64,000 bases of DNA from Candidatus Omnitrophota bacterium (lineage in GTDB: Bacteria; Omnitrophota; Gorgyraeia; Zapsychrales; JBDRMG01). Below are positions 28,720 through 38,731 of this stretch, one piece after another. Both the position numbers and the translations under genes were made by a program. The DNA is taken from NCBI GenBank assembly GCA_043812495.1, contig JBDRMG010000016.1, forward strand, positions 2,137 to 66,136, in the 5' to 3' direction. Position 1 is the stretch's first letter. The number at the start of each line of letters is the position of its first letter. A model generated the notes under the pieces. That model searched no databases and was not told the origin of the DNA. It saw nothing but the letters and a program-made list of their open reading frames with translations.

Positions 28720-29745
28720 CTACGATTTGATAGCTGCTAAAAGTTCTTTCTTGGCAACAGGCACAGCCCCTGTCTTAGCGACAACAATGCCGGCCGCATA
28801 ATTCGAAAGATCCGCCGCTTCTTTTTTCGTCGCTCCGGCCGTGAGGCTAAGCGTAAAGACAGAAATCACCGTATCCCCGGCACCTGAAACATCGAAGACT
28901 TCTCGGGCTTTGGTATTGATATGGACCGGTTTCTTGCCTTTTTCAAATAGACGCATGCCAAGCTCGCCCAGAGTAATCAATAGAGAATCCAAATTCAGAT
29001 ACTTCACTAAAGCGCTTCCGGCGCTATCAATATCTTGATCTTTTTCCAGCTTCAGAGCGGAAACGGCCAGGCGTCGTCCGGCATGGTGCGTCATTTTAAT
29101 ATTCTGGATGGCGTTTTCGGTTTCTTTTTTATTGGGCGTAATCGCGGTCACGCCGTTATAATAGCGAAAATGCTCCACCTTGGGATCAACGGTAAAAATT
29201 TTCTTTTTCTGAATCGCTAAGGTGCACGCCTGGGTCACCAAAAGAGGCGTGATTATACCCTTTCCGTAATCAGAAATGATGATAGCATCGCATTTCGGGA
29301 TTTGATCTTTTAAAAATTTGAGAATCTTTTGGCTGAGAAGTCCCTCGTCTTGATCCTTGATTTTTTCCCGGTCAATTCGGACAACCTGTTGATGCTGGGC
29401 GATGATACGCGTTTTCATCGAGGTCGGTATTCTTCTGTCGACAAAAACACCGCGCGCGGAAACCTTGTTTTTCTTAAGCTCGCGCAGAAGGATCTTGCCT
29501 TCGGCGTCCGAGCCGATTCTTCCCGCTAAAATAGCCTCTGCTCCAAGGCTGCTTAGGTTGCTGGCCACATTCGCCGCACCTCCTACCATAAAAGCCGAAC
29601 GGCCTTCTTGGAGCACAACGGGCACAGGGGCTTCGGGAGAAATGCGGGAAACCGTTCCACGGATATACTGATCCAAAATAATATCGCCGATCACAAGGAT
29701 CCGCTTTCCCTTAAACTTGGAAATAAGCTGCGTGTAACGTTCCAT
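28720..29745 (-). CDS. D-beta-D-heptose 7-phosphate kinase (RfaE/HldE domain I, PfkB family)
   Basis: PfkB ribokinase-like fold ending in the DVSGAGDT anion-hole motif, 341 aa. Confidence 0.85.
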   Translation of the reverse strand: MERYTQLISKFKGKRILVIGDIILDQYIRGTVSRISPEAPVPVVLQEGRSAFMVGGAANVASNLSSLGAEAILAGRIGSDAEGKILLRELKKNKVSARGVFVDRRIPTSMKTRIIAQHQQVVRIDREKIKDQDEGLLSQKILKFLKDQIPKCDAIIISDYGKGIITPLLVTQACTLAIQKKKIFTVDPKVEHFRYYNGVTAITPNKKETENAIQNIKMTHHAGRRLAVSALKLEKDQDIDSAGSALVKYLNLDSLLITLGELGMRLFEKGKKPVHINTKAREVFDVSGAGDTVISVFTLSLTAGATKKEAADLSNYAAGIVVAKTGAVPVAKKELLAAIKS

Positions 29746-30006
29746 GGGGACCTTCTTTCTTAGAGAAAAATCGGAATAAAAAGGTTACGGATAACGGCGA
29801 GAATCTTTTTTCTTTTTATTCGAAACAAGCGTTAATTTTAGCATAGTTTAAATTGGTCGTCAACTGCTTCTAACATATACTAATAAAAGAATTTCCGACT
29901 AGATTTATAGGCTAGGAGACGTTGTTTAAAGTATTGAATTTTTCCATTGGGAAGAAGGGATGTTGATTAAAATATTAAAGTTGGCTCCGGAAATTACTTT
30001 AATACT

Positions 30007-30141
30007 TTAATCTTCGTCCCTCAAAAAACCTAATTGCGGGGATTCTGATGTATCTTCCGAAAGACCTAACAAAAGCGGCAGGTTGGCGGGAACGATTTGA
30101 AAAATAACCGGCGCAAAGCCGTCGATTTTGATGGTATGAAT
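30007..30141 (-). pseudogene. Degenerate remnant of a giant-gene 3' end (encodes ...IKIDGFAPVIFQIVPANLPLLLGLSEDTSESPQLGFLRDED*)
   Basis: About 80 percent nucleotide identity over ~113 nt to the last codons of the 2405-aa gene at 31528..31640, with higher identity at the peptide level. An in-frame TGA lies 10 codons upstream and there is no ATG. Confidence 0.7.
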
Positions 30142-30362
30142 CCCCGCGGGCAAGTCCCTGGTTCCATTTTTATTACGTGAGCTTCACTCACGAAAAACCT
30201 TTGGCAACCCACCACGGGTAAACCCGTGGTCTGTCTTTTCGCAATTATGAGCGGATCTATTCTGCGAAGCTGCAACGTGAAAACTTTGCAGCGGAGCAGA
30301 ATCAATGAACCACTCTCAAATATGCCTGGAGATACAAAAATGGTGGCGTATTATTCTTTGCA

Positions 30363-30773
30363 TTATTTCTGAATCACTATGGATTTTATCCAATTCAGAA
30401 ACCTCTCTGCGTGTTTTGATAAATTAACCGCTTCTCTTTGGGTGATTAACCTCTGATCATATTCCACAACGCTCTTCATGGAAACAAGATGCCGTAAATG
30501 GTTCATGTTTTCATCCGCAGCTTTATGTTTTACCAAGCTTGAAAAAAGCTTAAGAATATCATCGTGTTTGGGGCTGATACTTCTTATCCCATGCAAAGCA
30601 ACTAATAAGGCATCTGCGGAAGATATTCCGGCATGGATGGCATTTAAGCCCGCGGCATTCCATTTTCCCCTACCCAGGCTCTCTTGCGCACTTGAGAGAA
30701 ATTCCTCAGCCTTTTTTAGGTAGTTAATATAATCCGACTTGGGTAAATGTGCGGTTCTTATTTTTTTAACCAT
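30363..30773 (-). CDS. HEPN-domain protein (toxin-like component of a HEPN/MNT pair)
   Basis: 136 aa and all-helical, with an Rx4-6H-type motif (RSISPKH). It overlaps the upstream MNT gene by 8 nt. Confidence 0.7.
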   Translation of the reverse strand: MVKKIRTAHLPKSDYINYLKKAEEFLSSAQESLGRGKWNAAGLNAIHAGISSADALLVALHGIRSISPKHDDILKLFSSLVKHKAADENMNHLRHLVSMKSVVEYDQRLITQREAVNLSKHAERFLNWIKSIVIQK

Positions 30774-31392
30774 TGTAAGTGATTAATTCAGCTACGCTTT
30801 TGCCATAAATGACTTTACCCGTTCGGATAATCTCTTTGAGAAAACGGTCCTCTTTTTTTAATTTTCTCTGAAATTCATCTATCCTGAATGATGAGCATGC
30901 CAAGTGATTCCCAAAAAGCACAGTTATTTTCTTTTCCGCCTTGGACAGTTGCCTGGCGAGAAGTGCCTTGTCTGTTGGATAAGGGGCAATAATAGCCATA
31001 TCGATATCGCTGTCTGCGGAAGCATTTCCTTTGGCGAAGCTGCCAAAGAGAATAATGCTCAAGGGCCGTATAGATTTTATTGCCCTTAAAATAATCCTGG
31101 CAATATGTTCAAAGACGTGACTCTCTTTTTCAAAAGCCGGCCGGATAATTTCTTTAACCAAGAAATGCTCCTCGTTCAGCCAGTAAACAAGAGAATTACC
31201 CAGGGAACGCATGTTCACTATGCCGTGGCTGGTTAAATCCTTCAAAGCCGTGTGCGCTTTGACATGGGATATTCCGATATTCTTGGCAATCTCCCGCCCG
31301 TTCATCTGGGCTTGAACATTGATAAGGAAACGAAGTATTTTTACCTTTGAAGTCTGTCCAAAAATATCATCAAGCGGCCTGTTTAACAGCAC
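30766..31392 (-). CDS. Nucleotidyltransferase (MNT-type) with an N-terminal winged-HTH, GTG start
   Basis: Minimal nucleotidyltransferase motif ILFGSFAKGNASADSDIDMAII and an N-terminal HTH (REIAKNIGISHVKAHTALKDL). AAGGAGG lies 6 nt upstream of the GTG. Confidence 0.75.
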   Translation of the reverse strand: MLLNRPLDDIFGQTSKVKILRFLINVQAQMNGREIAKNIGISHVKAHTALKDLTSHGIVNMRSLGNSLVYWLNEEHFLVKEIIRPAFEKESHVFEHIARIILRAIKSIRPLSIILFGSFAKGNASADSDIDMAIIAPYPTDKALLARQLSKAEKKITVLFGNHLACSSFRIDEFQRKLKKEDRFLKEIIRTGKVIYGKSVAELITYNG

Positions 31393-31436
31393 ACTCTGCC
31401 TCCTTTATATGGTAACTTTTATTAACATTCGGTATT

Positions 31437-31467
31437 TATTATTACCATGTAAATTGTCTCTTGTCAA
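31437..31467 (-). promoter_or_regulatory. Sigma70-type promoter for the MNT-HEPN operon (TTGACA, 17 nt, TAATAAT)
   Basis: The minus strand reads TTGACAagagacaatttacatggTAATAAT about 45 nt upstream of the MNT start. Confidence 0.6.
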
Positions 31468-31513
31468 GGTCTTTATTTGAGCTTTTTTCGTGTTTCGAGA
31501 TGCGACCGGTATC

Positions 31514-34500
31514 TTATCGCAAAAGACCCAACTGCGGGGATTCTAATTCGTCTTCTGAAAGGTCTAATAAAAGCGGCAGATTGGTGGGAACGATTTGAAA
31601 AATCACCGGGCTAAAGCCGCCGATTTGGATGGATTGGATAGATTGAGGATCGATTGGTATGCTAAAATCTACTCCCGCGCCTTGAGTTTGGAGTTCTAAT
31701 ATATTTGGATTGAGGTCAATACCGCCGACCTTCTCTGCTGCGATATGGTCTTGCCCTTCAACAATAACTCTATCTAATTGTTCTGCCTGTACGAAATCTT
31801 CCTGCGCTTCGTCAACTGATCCAGAATTCCCTCGGTCAAATAAAGCCTGTCCAGTTGCAAAGAAACGCATAATATTAAGCAACTCATTCGGCATTTCAAT
31901 ATGATTCATTTCAAGAATATGAAAGAACCACAACAATTTTTGTCCAACACTGTTTTTTGATTGCAACACTTGAGTGACCAGTTCGTTCCGGATATCTCTA
32001 TTCAATGTGCCACCGAGCTCTTGAATTATATTTTCCAAAACATCCTTTTGGCTATCGCGGACGGCCACCATTAATTTTCCCAGCAACCGCCGATTATTTT
32101 TGTTAAGTCCAAAAGATGCTCCTGCATCAATCAAAACAATACGAACTCGACCGTTCTCGCCCTTCTGTATCAAAATATTTCCCAAGTGAGGGTCTCCGTG
32201 ATAAAAGCCCTCATAGAAAATTTCCCGTAATAGTTCATTGGCCACAGCCAATTCGACATCCTTCTGATCAACCCCTGACTCCTGCACGCGTGCTTCATTC
32301 GACAATTTAATACCATCAATGTATTCCATAACAATTAGTGAATTGTTAAAGACCTCAATTATCTGCGGAACATAAAATTCATAGTCCCCTCTTACCTCTC
32401 CCAATCGAGTGTCACCAAATAATTTCTTTAAAGAAAACTCCTTAATTCTCTTCAATACGGTTCGCTGAACCCGGGAACCTAATTCGGCCGTATTCTTTGC
32501 CTCCTGCTCAAAATCCAGTTCTTGCCGAAACCCTTCTTCTAGCTGTGAAATGAAATTATCCGGTATAACAATTCCTTCCTCCACAAAAGCCGAACGTAAG
32601 TCATCATCGAAGACATCCTTCAAAAACTTCATGTCGGCCTCAATAGTCTTATCGACTTCGGATCGTTTAACTTTGATAGCCACTATTCTGCCATCGCGCA
32701 TCTTGGCTCGATAAACGCCAGCAATTTTTGCACTGCCCAAAGGTTCTTCAATGCTCTCAAACTGTCCCGTCAAATCAAATTTTTCCAACATATCAAAGAC
32801 CACTCCTTTATCCATCCTGCGAGCACTGTCTTGAACCAGCGACAATTCATCCCGCATAACCGGAGTGACCCACAAAGAACGAGCCAAAACTTGTGCCAGT
32901 TGGCGACCGACTAATCCAAGCGACTCCAGAAACATACGCACTGCACGAGCCTCTTGCCTCTCCGGAGTGATGTTTGGCTGACCAGCTTGCATTTCACCAC
33001 GCTGTAAGGACAAAGTCCAGGCTAACGAAAGAAAAATTTCCTCACGGCGAGATTGGTCAGCTTTCTCAAAAACCTTATCAAAGACTTTTTTTAGAACGCT
33101 CTTATTCGGACCATCTTTGATTAGGAAATCAAACATGCCGTCCAGCAAATTTGACATGGCTGTGGGATCATTAAAAATGCCTTTTTCGCCATATAGAAAC
33201 GGCTCCAGAGCCTCCCGTTGTGACGACTGACCAGCCAAAGGATAATATTTGCTCTGCCTTCGGCCAAAATCTTCTCGCATGCTATCTGCATTAACGTGGA
33301 AATTATATTCGAAATCAATAAGGAAAAACGGCTTCTCGTCTGTGATGCCCATAAGCCAAAGAAGAAGATGCGCTTTCTCAGTTGGGCTGCGATCCTTCAT
33401 CCATGCGCGAAATACATCAGCATGCATTGCCGTTCGCGCCGTTTCTTTAAGATCCAAATCTTTGGTCTTTTTGAACGGATCAAGATAAAGCGCTCTGACC
33501 TGCTCGTATTGCTCACGCGTCTTTGTCAAGAATTGTGCTGTCTCTGAAAGAATATCATCCCTGATTAACGAAGCTTCTGGGAAGAATCTCTGAATTTTCT
33601 GAAGAACATCATCCAACGTTCCAAATTCTTCAGGATGTTCCGTGCGATATTGATCAAAGACGCCTAACGCCAGATTATCCCGCAATTCGCGGTTATGAAC
33701 CATCGCCAGCAGTTTTTCAATCTCATCGACGGTCTTGTCTCGACCCTCAGCCTGAATTGCCTCTTTAATCCATTTGTCCCTTACCAATGATGATTGCGGA
33801 TAATACTTTTCAATAGATTCTCTTTTAGAAGCCAATGATAACTCTGAAAAACCGATGATGTTTCTCATTTCCTCTTCGGCCAAACGGCTAACAAACACAT
33901 ATAATTGAGCAACGGGTCCTCCCGGATTAGAATAAATCATATCATCGTAATCACCACTCTCCTGATTATGCTCTTGGCGAATAGCAGTCTCATCTAATTG
34001 AGGAGCATTTTTGGAGTATCGATCTCTCCAATAGGCCGCCACAGTTGCTTCATTAGACTTTTCCATAATTCCATCATGAACAAAATATGGCGCGATTGCC
34101 GCTATGGCCGATAAAACACCCGCTCTTTCATCTGTCGATAGCCCGGCAAGATGCATCTGCATCCTTTTAATATCAAAAATTGCGTCGTTATGGCCAGTAT
34201 ATCCGGCCTGATTAATAAGCACCCGATTGACGAAAAGCATATAAAGAACAAAATTTTTGAATACTGATGGCGGCATCTCTCGAACTACCACATCAACAGC
34301 CTCCTCGTAATCTGCAGGAAGCAAAGCGATAAAATCAAATAACCGCATAAAATCATCAAAGGCAATTTCCTCTCTCATGAAGCGAACCGCGTTCCTAGGT
34401 CGTTGCTTAGTGGCTTGTTTGGTATAGTCAGCCTCTTCAGAAACCCCCTTGCCTGAAATGTCTCCGGCAAATACACGCCAAACACTACTCCCAAGCCTGA

Positions 34501-37500
34501 CATCATCCTCTTTAAGTCTCACGTCATAACCAAGCTCCACGAACAGTGCCTGCAAATAAACCGGCGCCGTATACTTTCCAAAGGCCTCTTCTTGCTGTTC
34601 CGGTGTTGAATCTTTTTCAGATAATAATTGACCAATCGAATGGCGATTACGCTCCAGTAACTCCTTGATCAAGCCAAATTCATCGTTGTTAACATTTTCG
34701 ATTCTCCGTTCAGGATTAATCTCATTCCAACGATCAAAAATCTTGAGCCGATCCTTGTTAGATAAAGCATTATATCGTTCTGATAAATCTTCTTCATCAT
34801 AAACTGGACGCTCAGGCTCGGCGTTTTTGATAAAGGAAATAATTTGTGGATCAGAAAACATGCTTCCCTTTTTTTCTCTAACACGCAATGCACCGAAAAT
34901 AAAATTTCTCAAATTCTTTCCTTCCGGGATTCCCCCCCCCAGGGCAATAACATAAAAAATTGGTCTTAATTCGCGTCGTGTCCTCTCAATTAAAGGCCTA
35001 AACTCCTTGGGTATATGCTCAAAAAGAACTCTTTCAAAAGCATCACCAGTAAACATTTGACTATCTCCACGTGCCCTTAGCCAAAGATCGCGGAAAATAC
35101 CCAAATCATTATTGATGTGTTCTTCTCTAAATTTCGTGAAAATCTTTTGATGCACAAGAACAAGCTCTTCAGAAGAAACTTTGTTGGCTTTTGCATGCGC
35201 GGCTTCAACAAAAACTTTCAATACATTCTGCATATTCTTAACAATGTTTTTATTCGCCAATAAACTGTCCAAGTATTCTATCCTGCTTCCCAGAAAGACG
35301 ATGCCTTGGCCTTCCTTAAATAGAGTTTGTATATCCAACTTTATAAACTCGGCTCTTAATGAATTCCACCCATCATCCCGACGTAAAAGCCAGTCCATAA
35401 GTTCCTTCTTTGCGTCAGGAGAAGTATTGCGAGCAAGTTTGTATAATTCCTCGGCAAGTCCGTCCGCTTTTAATGCATAATTGACCTTGGTCCCTAAAAT
35501 TTCATAAACACGAATCAGGAGCCTGATGTCTTCTGATTCTAACTGACTTCGATAAACAGTGGATGAAGTCAAGACTGATGCCATTTGACTTAACGGTTCA
35601 GCAAATAAATAACCTTTGAAGTACCCTTGTGAATCCTGCATATCTATCAAGTCAGTAAGAAAATGGCGGGCCTGTTCTAATGTCAGTTTGCCTTGCTGGG
35701 CATCCTTAACCATTCTTATATACAATCCATACAGGAAGCCGCTGGCATAGTGCTTAAATCGATCACTCGCACGCCTTGGCCCTTTCATAGGAAGGACATA
35801 AGAATCGAGCCTTGAAAGAACTCTTTTAGCTTGTTCATGTCGATCATTCATCTTTTGTTTCTCCACATCAATTGACATAGAGAAAATACCCGGAACGCCT
35901 AGTTCATAAATTTGAACGATCGTTTCAGGGGATAATAACTGACCAAGGCCAAGAAAAGAATTCATGTCTGAGCTTAAATCTTCTCTCTTTAGTCCAAGCA
36001 TCACATAGATTTCATCCCTCATATATTTAAATAAAACTTGTTTGGCTTCATCCTCACCGGAAAATTCTTTTATCCGTTGTTCAAATACCGTTTGAGCTAG
36101 AAGATAAAATTGCTTTTCAGTATCAGGTAAAACCTCATAACCAATCAACATCGCAAAATGCAATTCTTCAATTGTCTTTGCCTCATTCAATAAGGATATG
36201 AGATTCGATGTGTTTGTAACATTGATAACTCTTTCTTGAAATTCTCTAAATCGCGTTCTTTGTTGAGAAAGGGGAACAGATTTTAATGCCGTAGGCGGGA
36301 CGTCTTGATTCTGCCAGTGATATGTCAGGATCTGGTGCTGCAACTTTCTTAAACGTTCTTCTATTTGGGGGTGAGTGCCCCAAAAAGCGTCACGTTCGCC
36401 GCGTGCCGTCAGCCAATGCTCTATGCCAGCAAGAATATGTGGCGCCGACCTAACTGAAAAACCAGCTCTGTCCATCAACCACAAAGCTAATAAGTCACTC
36501 TGATATTCCTTGCCTCGATCTTCCGCATGACGATCTATCAATCTTTTCTTTTCATCAAACCGACCTTCATCAATTTCGCGACGGTTCTGCATAATATGCA
36601 AAATTTCATGAGACAAAACCCAAGCTAACGCATCTTGCGTTACATCAAGATTATTAGTGCTCGCATATTCCGTGAGCATACGAATAAGCCCCAAATTAAC
36701 TACGATAGTATTATAATAATTCACGACATAGGCATTAGGATCAGTCGTATCCGCGAGGAAAAATTGAAATTCTTGTGGGTTCAGTCCCTGAGCAATTAAT
36801 AATCGGTCTATAACACTACGTACCTCATCATATAACGTCTGAAACTGCTCGAAATCTTCCTTCCCAGGAGCAATGAAGCGATCAACGACATCCTTTTGTT
36901 TCAGAAACTTTTCTTTACGATCAACGTCTCGGTTATATTCGCTCTGAGATTTTAAAGGTGTCCCCGGAATAGTTTTTCCAACCTTTTTCCTGTCCGATAC
37001 AGGAACTCTTCGGATGCTAGGACTGATTATATCCCTTCTCGCAACCTCATATTCTTGCCGGGCGGTTTCTTGATCAATCTGCTGATCGCCGGCCCGTAAT
37101 CTCTGGCGTGCGTTATTGTGGGCGATAATCCAATGCTTCCCTGCTTTTCTTTCCTGAACTTCCTCTCGCTCAAGGTCAAGCTGCTGATCAATTTCACTTT
37201 CAAAGACAATGATTTTCCAAATCTCGTCTGTGCCTTTAAAGTTAATCGCCTGAACGCCACCCTTCGGATCCATGACCCATCTTTGAATGGCTTTTCCTAA
37301 ATCCGTTTCCTTAACCGCATCTGAAATGACAAAAACGCGGACATCGTTTTCTTCATCCATTGTCTCAGCAATTAATCCTTGTTGTTCGAGATGGCCTAAA
37401 ATAAACTCTAGAATTTGATCTTCAGTGGCATCATTTGCAACTTCGGGAACATTCTCACTCCTAGCCAGAATATTTATTAACCTACGAAAGCGGTCTAGAT

Positions 37501-38731
37501 TTTTGACAGGATCTAAAACAGTCGAAACTGTTCTTAGCGATCCGGCTGTTGTTTCATTTGCTTTGGCTAAAGTTTCAACTCCACTCTTTGATTCAACTGA
37601 AAGAGCTTCATCAATTGCCTTTCCTCGGAACTCCATCCCGCCAGAAAAATATTTCCTGGGTATAATCTGTCGAGTTGTTGGATCATAATCTTCTTTGATG
37701 TAGTTATAAACGCCTACTTTAAACGCTTCGACATACTGTTGATAAATTTTTTCTCTAACCTTCTTGTCCTCAATGTCAACCCCACTGACTTTATTTTCAC
37801 CAACATAAACTTTTCCCAAAAGACTTTCTTTAAGATTACGCTTAAACCATGTGGCCAGAATCATGGAATGATATATCTGACGCAATAATGAAAAGTTTTC
37901 TCCGTTATTAACCTCTTTCTCAATCTCCGGGATAATGACTTCTCTCACAATTTCAGAAGAAATATTGCTGAGTTGTTCAACATCCTCTTCATCTAACTTA
38001 TCCGTGCCAATTGTTTCTTTGTTTAGATTTTCCTTGAGAGCAAGATAATCCCCTTCCAGCATGACTTTTAAATGGCTTTCAATAATAAAAGCCGTATCTC
38101 CGGTCTCGTACACAAGAGCTTTTTCCGGAACAACCCAGACTTTATTGAAAGTATTTATTGGTATTTCTGCCGTCCCATAACGCTCGCGCGCCTTCTCATA
38201 GACTCGATTCCAAAACTGTTCCCCTAATTCGTCTTCAGGATAAATCAACGAAGCCGTTAATTGCTTGAGGATATAGTCCTGGCCCAACAAATCCCTGCCC
38301 ATTTCAGTAATACCTAATTGATCAGGGATAATTCTATCCTGTTCATAAGGGGATAGATTGACCCATAATTCGTCCTCTGGCACCGTTAGGGAAGCCAGGA
38401 AATATTTGATAAGTTTGGAAGATTCTGTCTGTAAAGTTTCATCCTCGAATTGAGCGCTGCCTGTATCTATGATGAAATCAAATCGAAGAGGATTATTCAC
38501 AAAGATCTTGATACCTTTTATAACGGCAGGGGTAAAATTCGGGGTTGGCATAACCATAGCTCCGACCGCAGGAAGATTCAACAGACCCTGGGCATGAGCA
38601 GGCGGTGGCGGGGTGATGAGGCTTGAGAGAAACGCCAGAATAACAAAAGACACAGCGCATCTGTAAGGGGCCCTGGAGGTAGCGTTTGATTTTCGGCTTT
38701 GAGAAAGCATCCCTTTAATATGAATATTCAT
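31514..38731 (-). CDS. Giant 2405-aa secreted multidomain protein with an M48-like zinc-metalloprotease segment and a C-terminal ABC1/UbiB-type atypical kinase domain
   Basis: A single uninterrupted ORF. The N-terminal signal peptide is hydrophobic (AVSFVILAFLSSLI), then PPPPAHA/QG. Around aa 690-720, DPNAYVVNYYNTIVVNLGLIRML...ALAWVLSHEILHIMQ follows the M48 NAF...GLL...HEXXH pattern. The C-terminal ~300 aa match ABC1 motifs: LGSAKIAGVYRAKMRDGRIVAIKVKRSEV, FYHGDPHLGNILI and LIDAGASFGL. Confidence 0.85.
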   Translation of the reverse strand: MNIHIKGMLSQSRKSNATSRAPYRCAVSFVILAFLSSLITPPPPAHAQGLLNLPAVGAMVMPTPNFTPAVIKGIKIFVNNPLRFDFIIDTGSAQFEDETLQTESSKLIKYFLASLTVPEDELWVNLSPYEQDRIIPDQLGITEMGRDLLGQDYILKQLTASLIYPEDELGEQFWNRVYEKARERYGTAEIPINTFNKVWVVPEKALVYETGDTAFIIESHLKVMLEGDYLALKENLNKETIGTDKLDEEDVEQLSNISSEIVREVIIPEIEKEVNNGENFSLLRQIYHSMILATWFKRNLKESLLGKVYVGENKVSGVDIEDKKVREKIYQQYVEAFKVGVYNYIKEDYDPTTRQIIPRKYFSGGMEFRGKAIDEALSVESKSGVETLAKANETTAGSLRTVSTVLDPVKNLDRFRRLINILARSENVPEVANDATEDQILEFILGHLEQQGLIAETMDEENDVRVFVISDAVKETDLGKAIQRWVMDPKGGVQAINFKGTDEIWKIIVFESEIDQQLDLEREEVQERKAGKHWIIAHNNARQRLRAGDQQIDQETARQEYEVARRDIISPSIRRVPVSDRKKVGKTIPGTPLKSQSEYNRDVDRKEKFLKQKDVVDRFIAPGKEDFEQFQTLYDEVRSVIDRLLIAQGLNPQEFQFFLADTTDPNAYVVNYYNTIVVNLGLIRMLTEYASTNNLDVTQDALAWVLSHEILHIMQNRREIDEGRFDEKKRLIDRHAEDRGKEYQSDLLALWLMDRAGFSVRSAPHILAGIEHWLTARGERDAFWGTHPQIEERLRKLQHQILTYHWQNQDVPPTALKSVPLSQQRTRFREFQERVINVTNTSNLISLLNEAKTIEELHFAMLIGYEVLPDTEKQFYLLAQTVFEQRIKEFSGEDEAKQVLFKYMRDEIYVMLGLKREDLSSDMNSFLGLGQLLSPETIVQIYELGVPGIFSMSIDVEKQKMNDRHEQAKRVLSRLDSYVLPMKGPRRASDRFKHYASGFLYGLYIRMVKDAQQGKLTLEQARHFLTDLIDMQDSQGYFKGYLFAEPLSQMASVLTSSTVYRSQLESEDIRLLIRVYEILGTKVNYALKADGLAEELYKLARNTSPDAKKELMDWLLRRDDGWNSLRAEFIKLDIQTLFKEGQGIVFLGSRIEYLDSLLANKNIVKNMQNVLKVFVEAAHAKANKVSSEELVLVHQKIFTKFREEHINNDLGIFRDLWLRARGDSQMFTGDAFERVLFEHIPKEFRPLIERTRRELRPIFYVIALGGGIPEGKNLRNFIFGALRVREKKGSMFSDPQIISFIKNAEPERPVYDEEDLSERYNALSNKDRLKIFDRWNEINPERRIENVNNDEFGLIKELLERNRHSIGQLLSEKDSTPEQQEEAFGKYTAPVYLQALFVELGYDVRLKEDDVRLGSSVWRVFAGDISGKGVSEEADYTKQATKQRPRNAVRFMREEIAFDDFMRLFDFIALLPADYEEAVDVVVREMPPSVFKNFVLYMLFVNRVLINQAGYTGHNDAIFDIKRMQMHLAGLSTDERAGVLSAIAAIAPYFVHDGIMEKSNEATVAAYWRDRYSKNAPQLDETAIRQEHNQESGDYDDMIYSNPGGPVAQLYVFVSRLAEEEMRNIIGFSELSLASKRESIEKYYPQSSLVRDKWIKEAIQAEGRDKTVDEIEKLLAMVHNRELRDNLALGVFDQYRTEHPEEFGTLDDVLQKIQRFFPEASLIRDDILSETAQFLTKTREQYEQVRALYLDPFKKTKDLDLKETARTAMHADVFRAWMKDRSPTEKAHLLLWLMGITDEKPFFLIDFEYNFHVNADSMREDFGRRQSKYYPLAGQSSQREALEPFLYGEKGIFNDPTAMSNLLDGMFDFLIKDGPNKSVLKKVFDKVFEKADQSRREEIFLSLAWTLSLQRGEMQAGQPNITPERQEARAVRMFLESLGLVGRQLAQVLARSLWVTPVMRDELSLVQDSARRMDKGVVFDMLEKFDLTGQFESIEEPLGSAKIAGVYRAKMRDGRIVAIKVKRSEVDKTIEADMKFLKDVFDDDLRSAFVEEGIVIPDNFISQLEEGFRQELDFEQEAKNTAELGSRVQRTVLKRIKEFSLKKLFGDTRLGEVRGDYEFYVPQIIEVFNNSLIVMEYIDGIKLSNEARVQESGVDQKDVELAVANELLREIFYEGFYHGDPHLGNILIQKGENGRVRIVLIDAGASFGLNKNNRRLLGKLMVAVRDSQKDVLENIIQELGGTLNRDIRNELVTQVLQSKNSVGQKLLWFFHILEMNHIEMPNELLNIMRFFATGQALFDRGNSGSVDEAQEDFVQAEQLDRVIVEGQDHIAAEKVGGIDLNPNILELQTQGAGVDFSIPIDPQSIQSIQIGGFSPVIFQIVPTNLPLLLDLSEDELESPQLGLLR
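31528..31640. repeat. Direct repeat copy 2: the 3' end of the giant gene, duplicated in diverged form at 30029..30141
   Basis: The two segments were aligned by eye at ~80 percent identity. The pair brackets the HEPN/MNT cassette. Confidence 0.7.

Noticed and set aside
30066-30305. 79-aa ORF in the hldE-HEPN spacer
   Set aside because: It is out of frame with the recognisable giant-gene C-terminal remnant, has no RBS and has no similarity to anything recognised. The region is better explained as a pseudogene scar plus hairpins.
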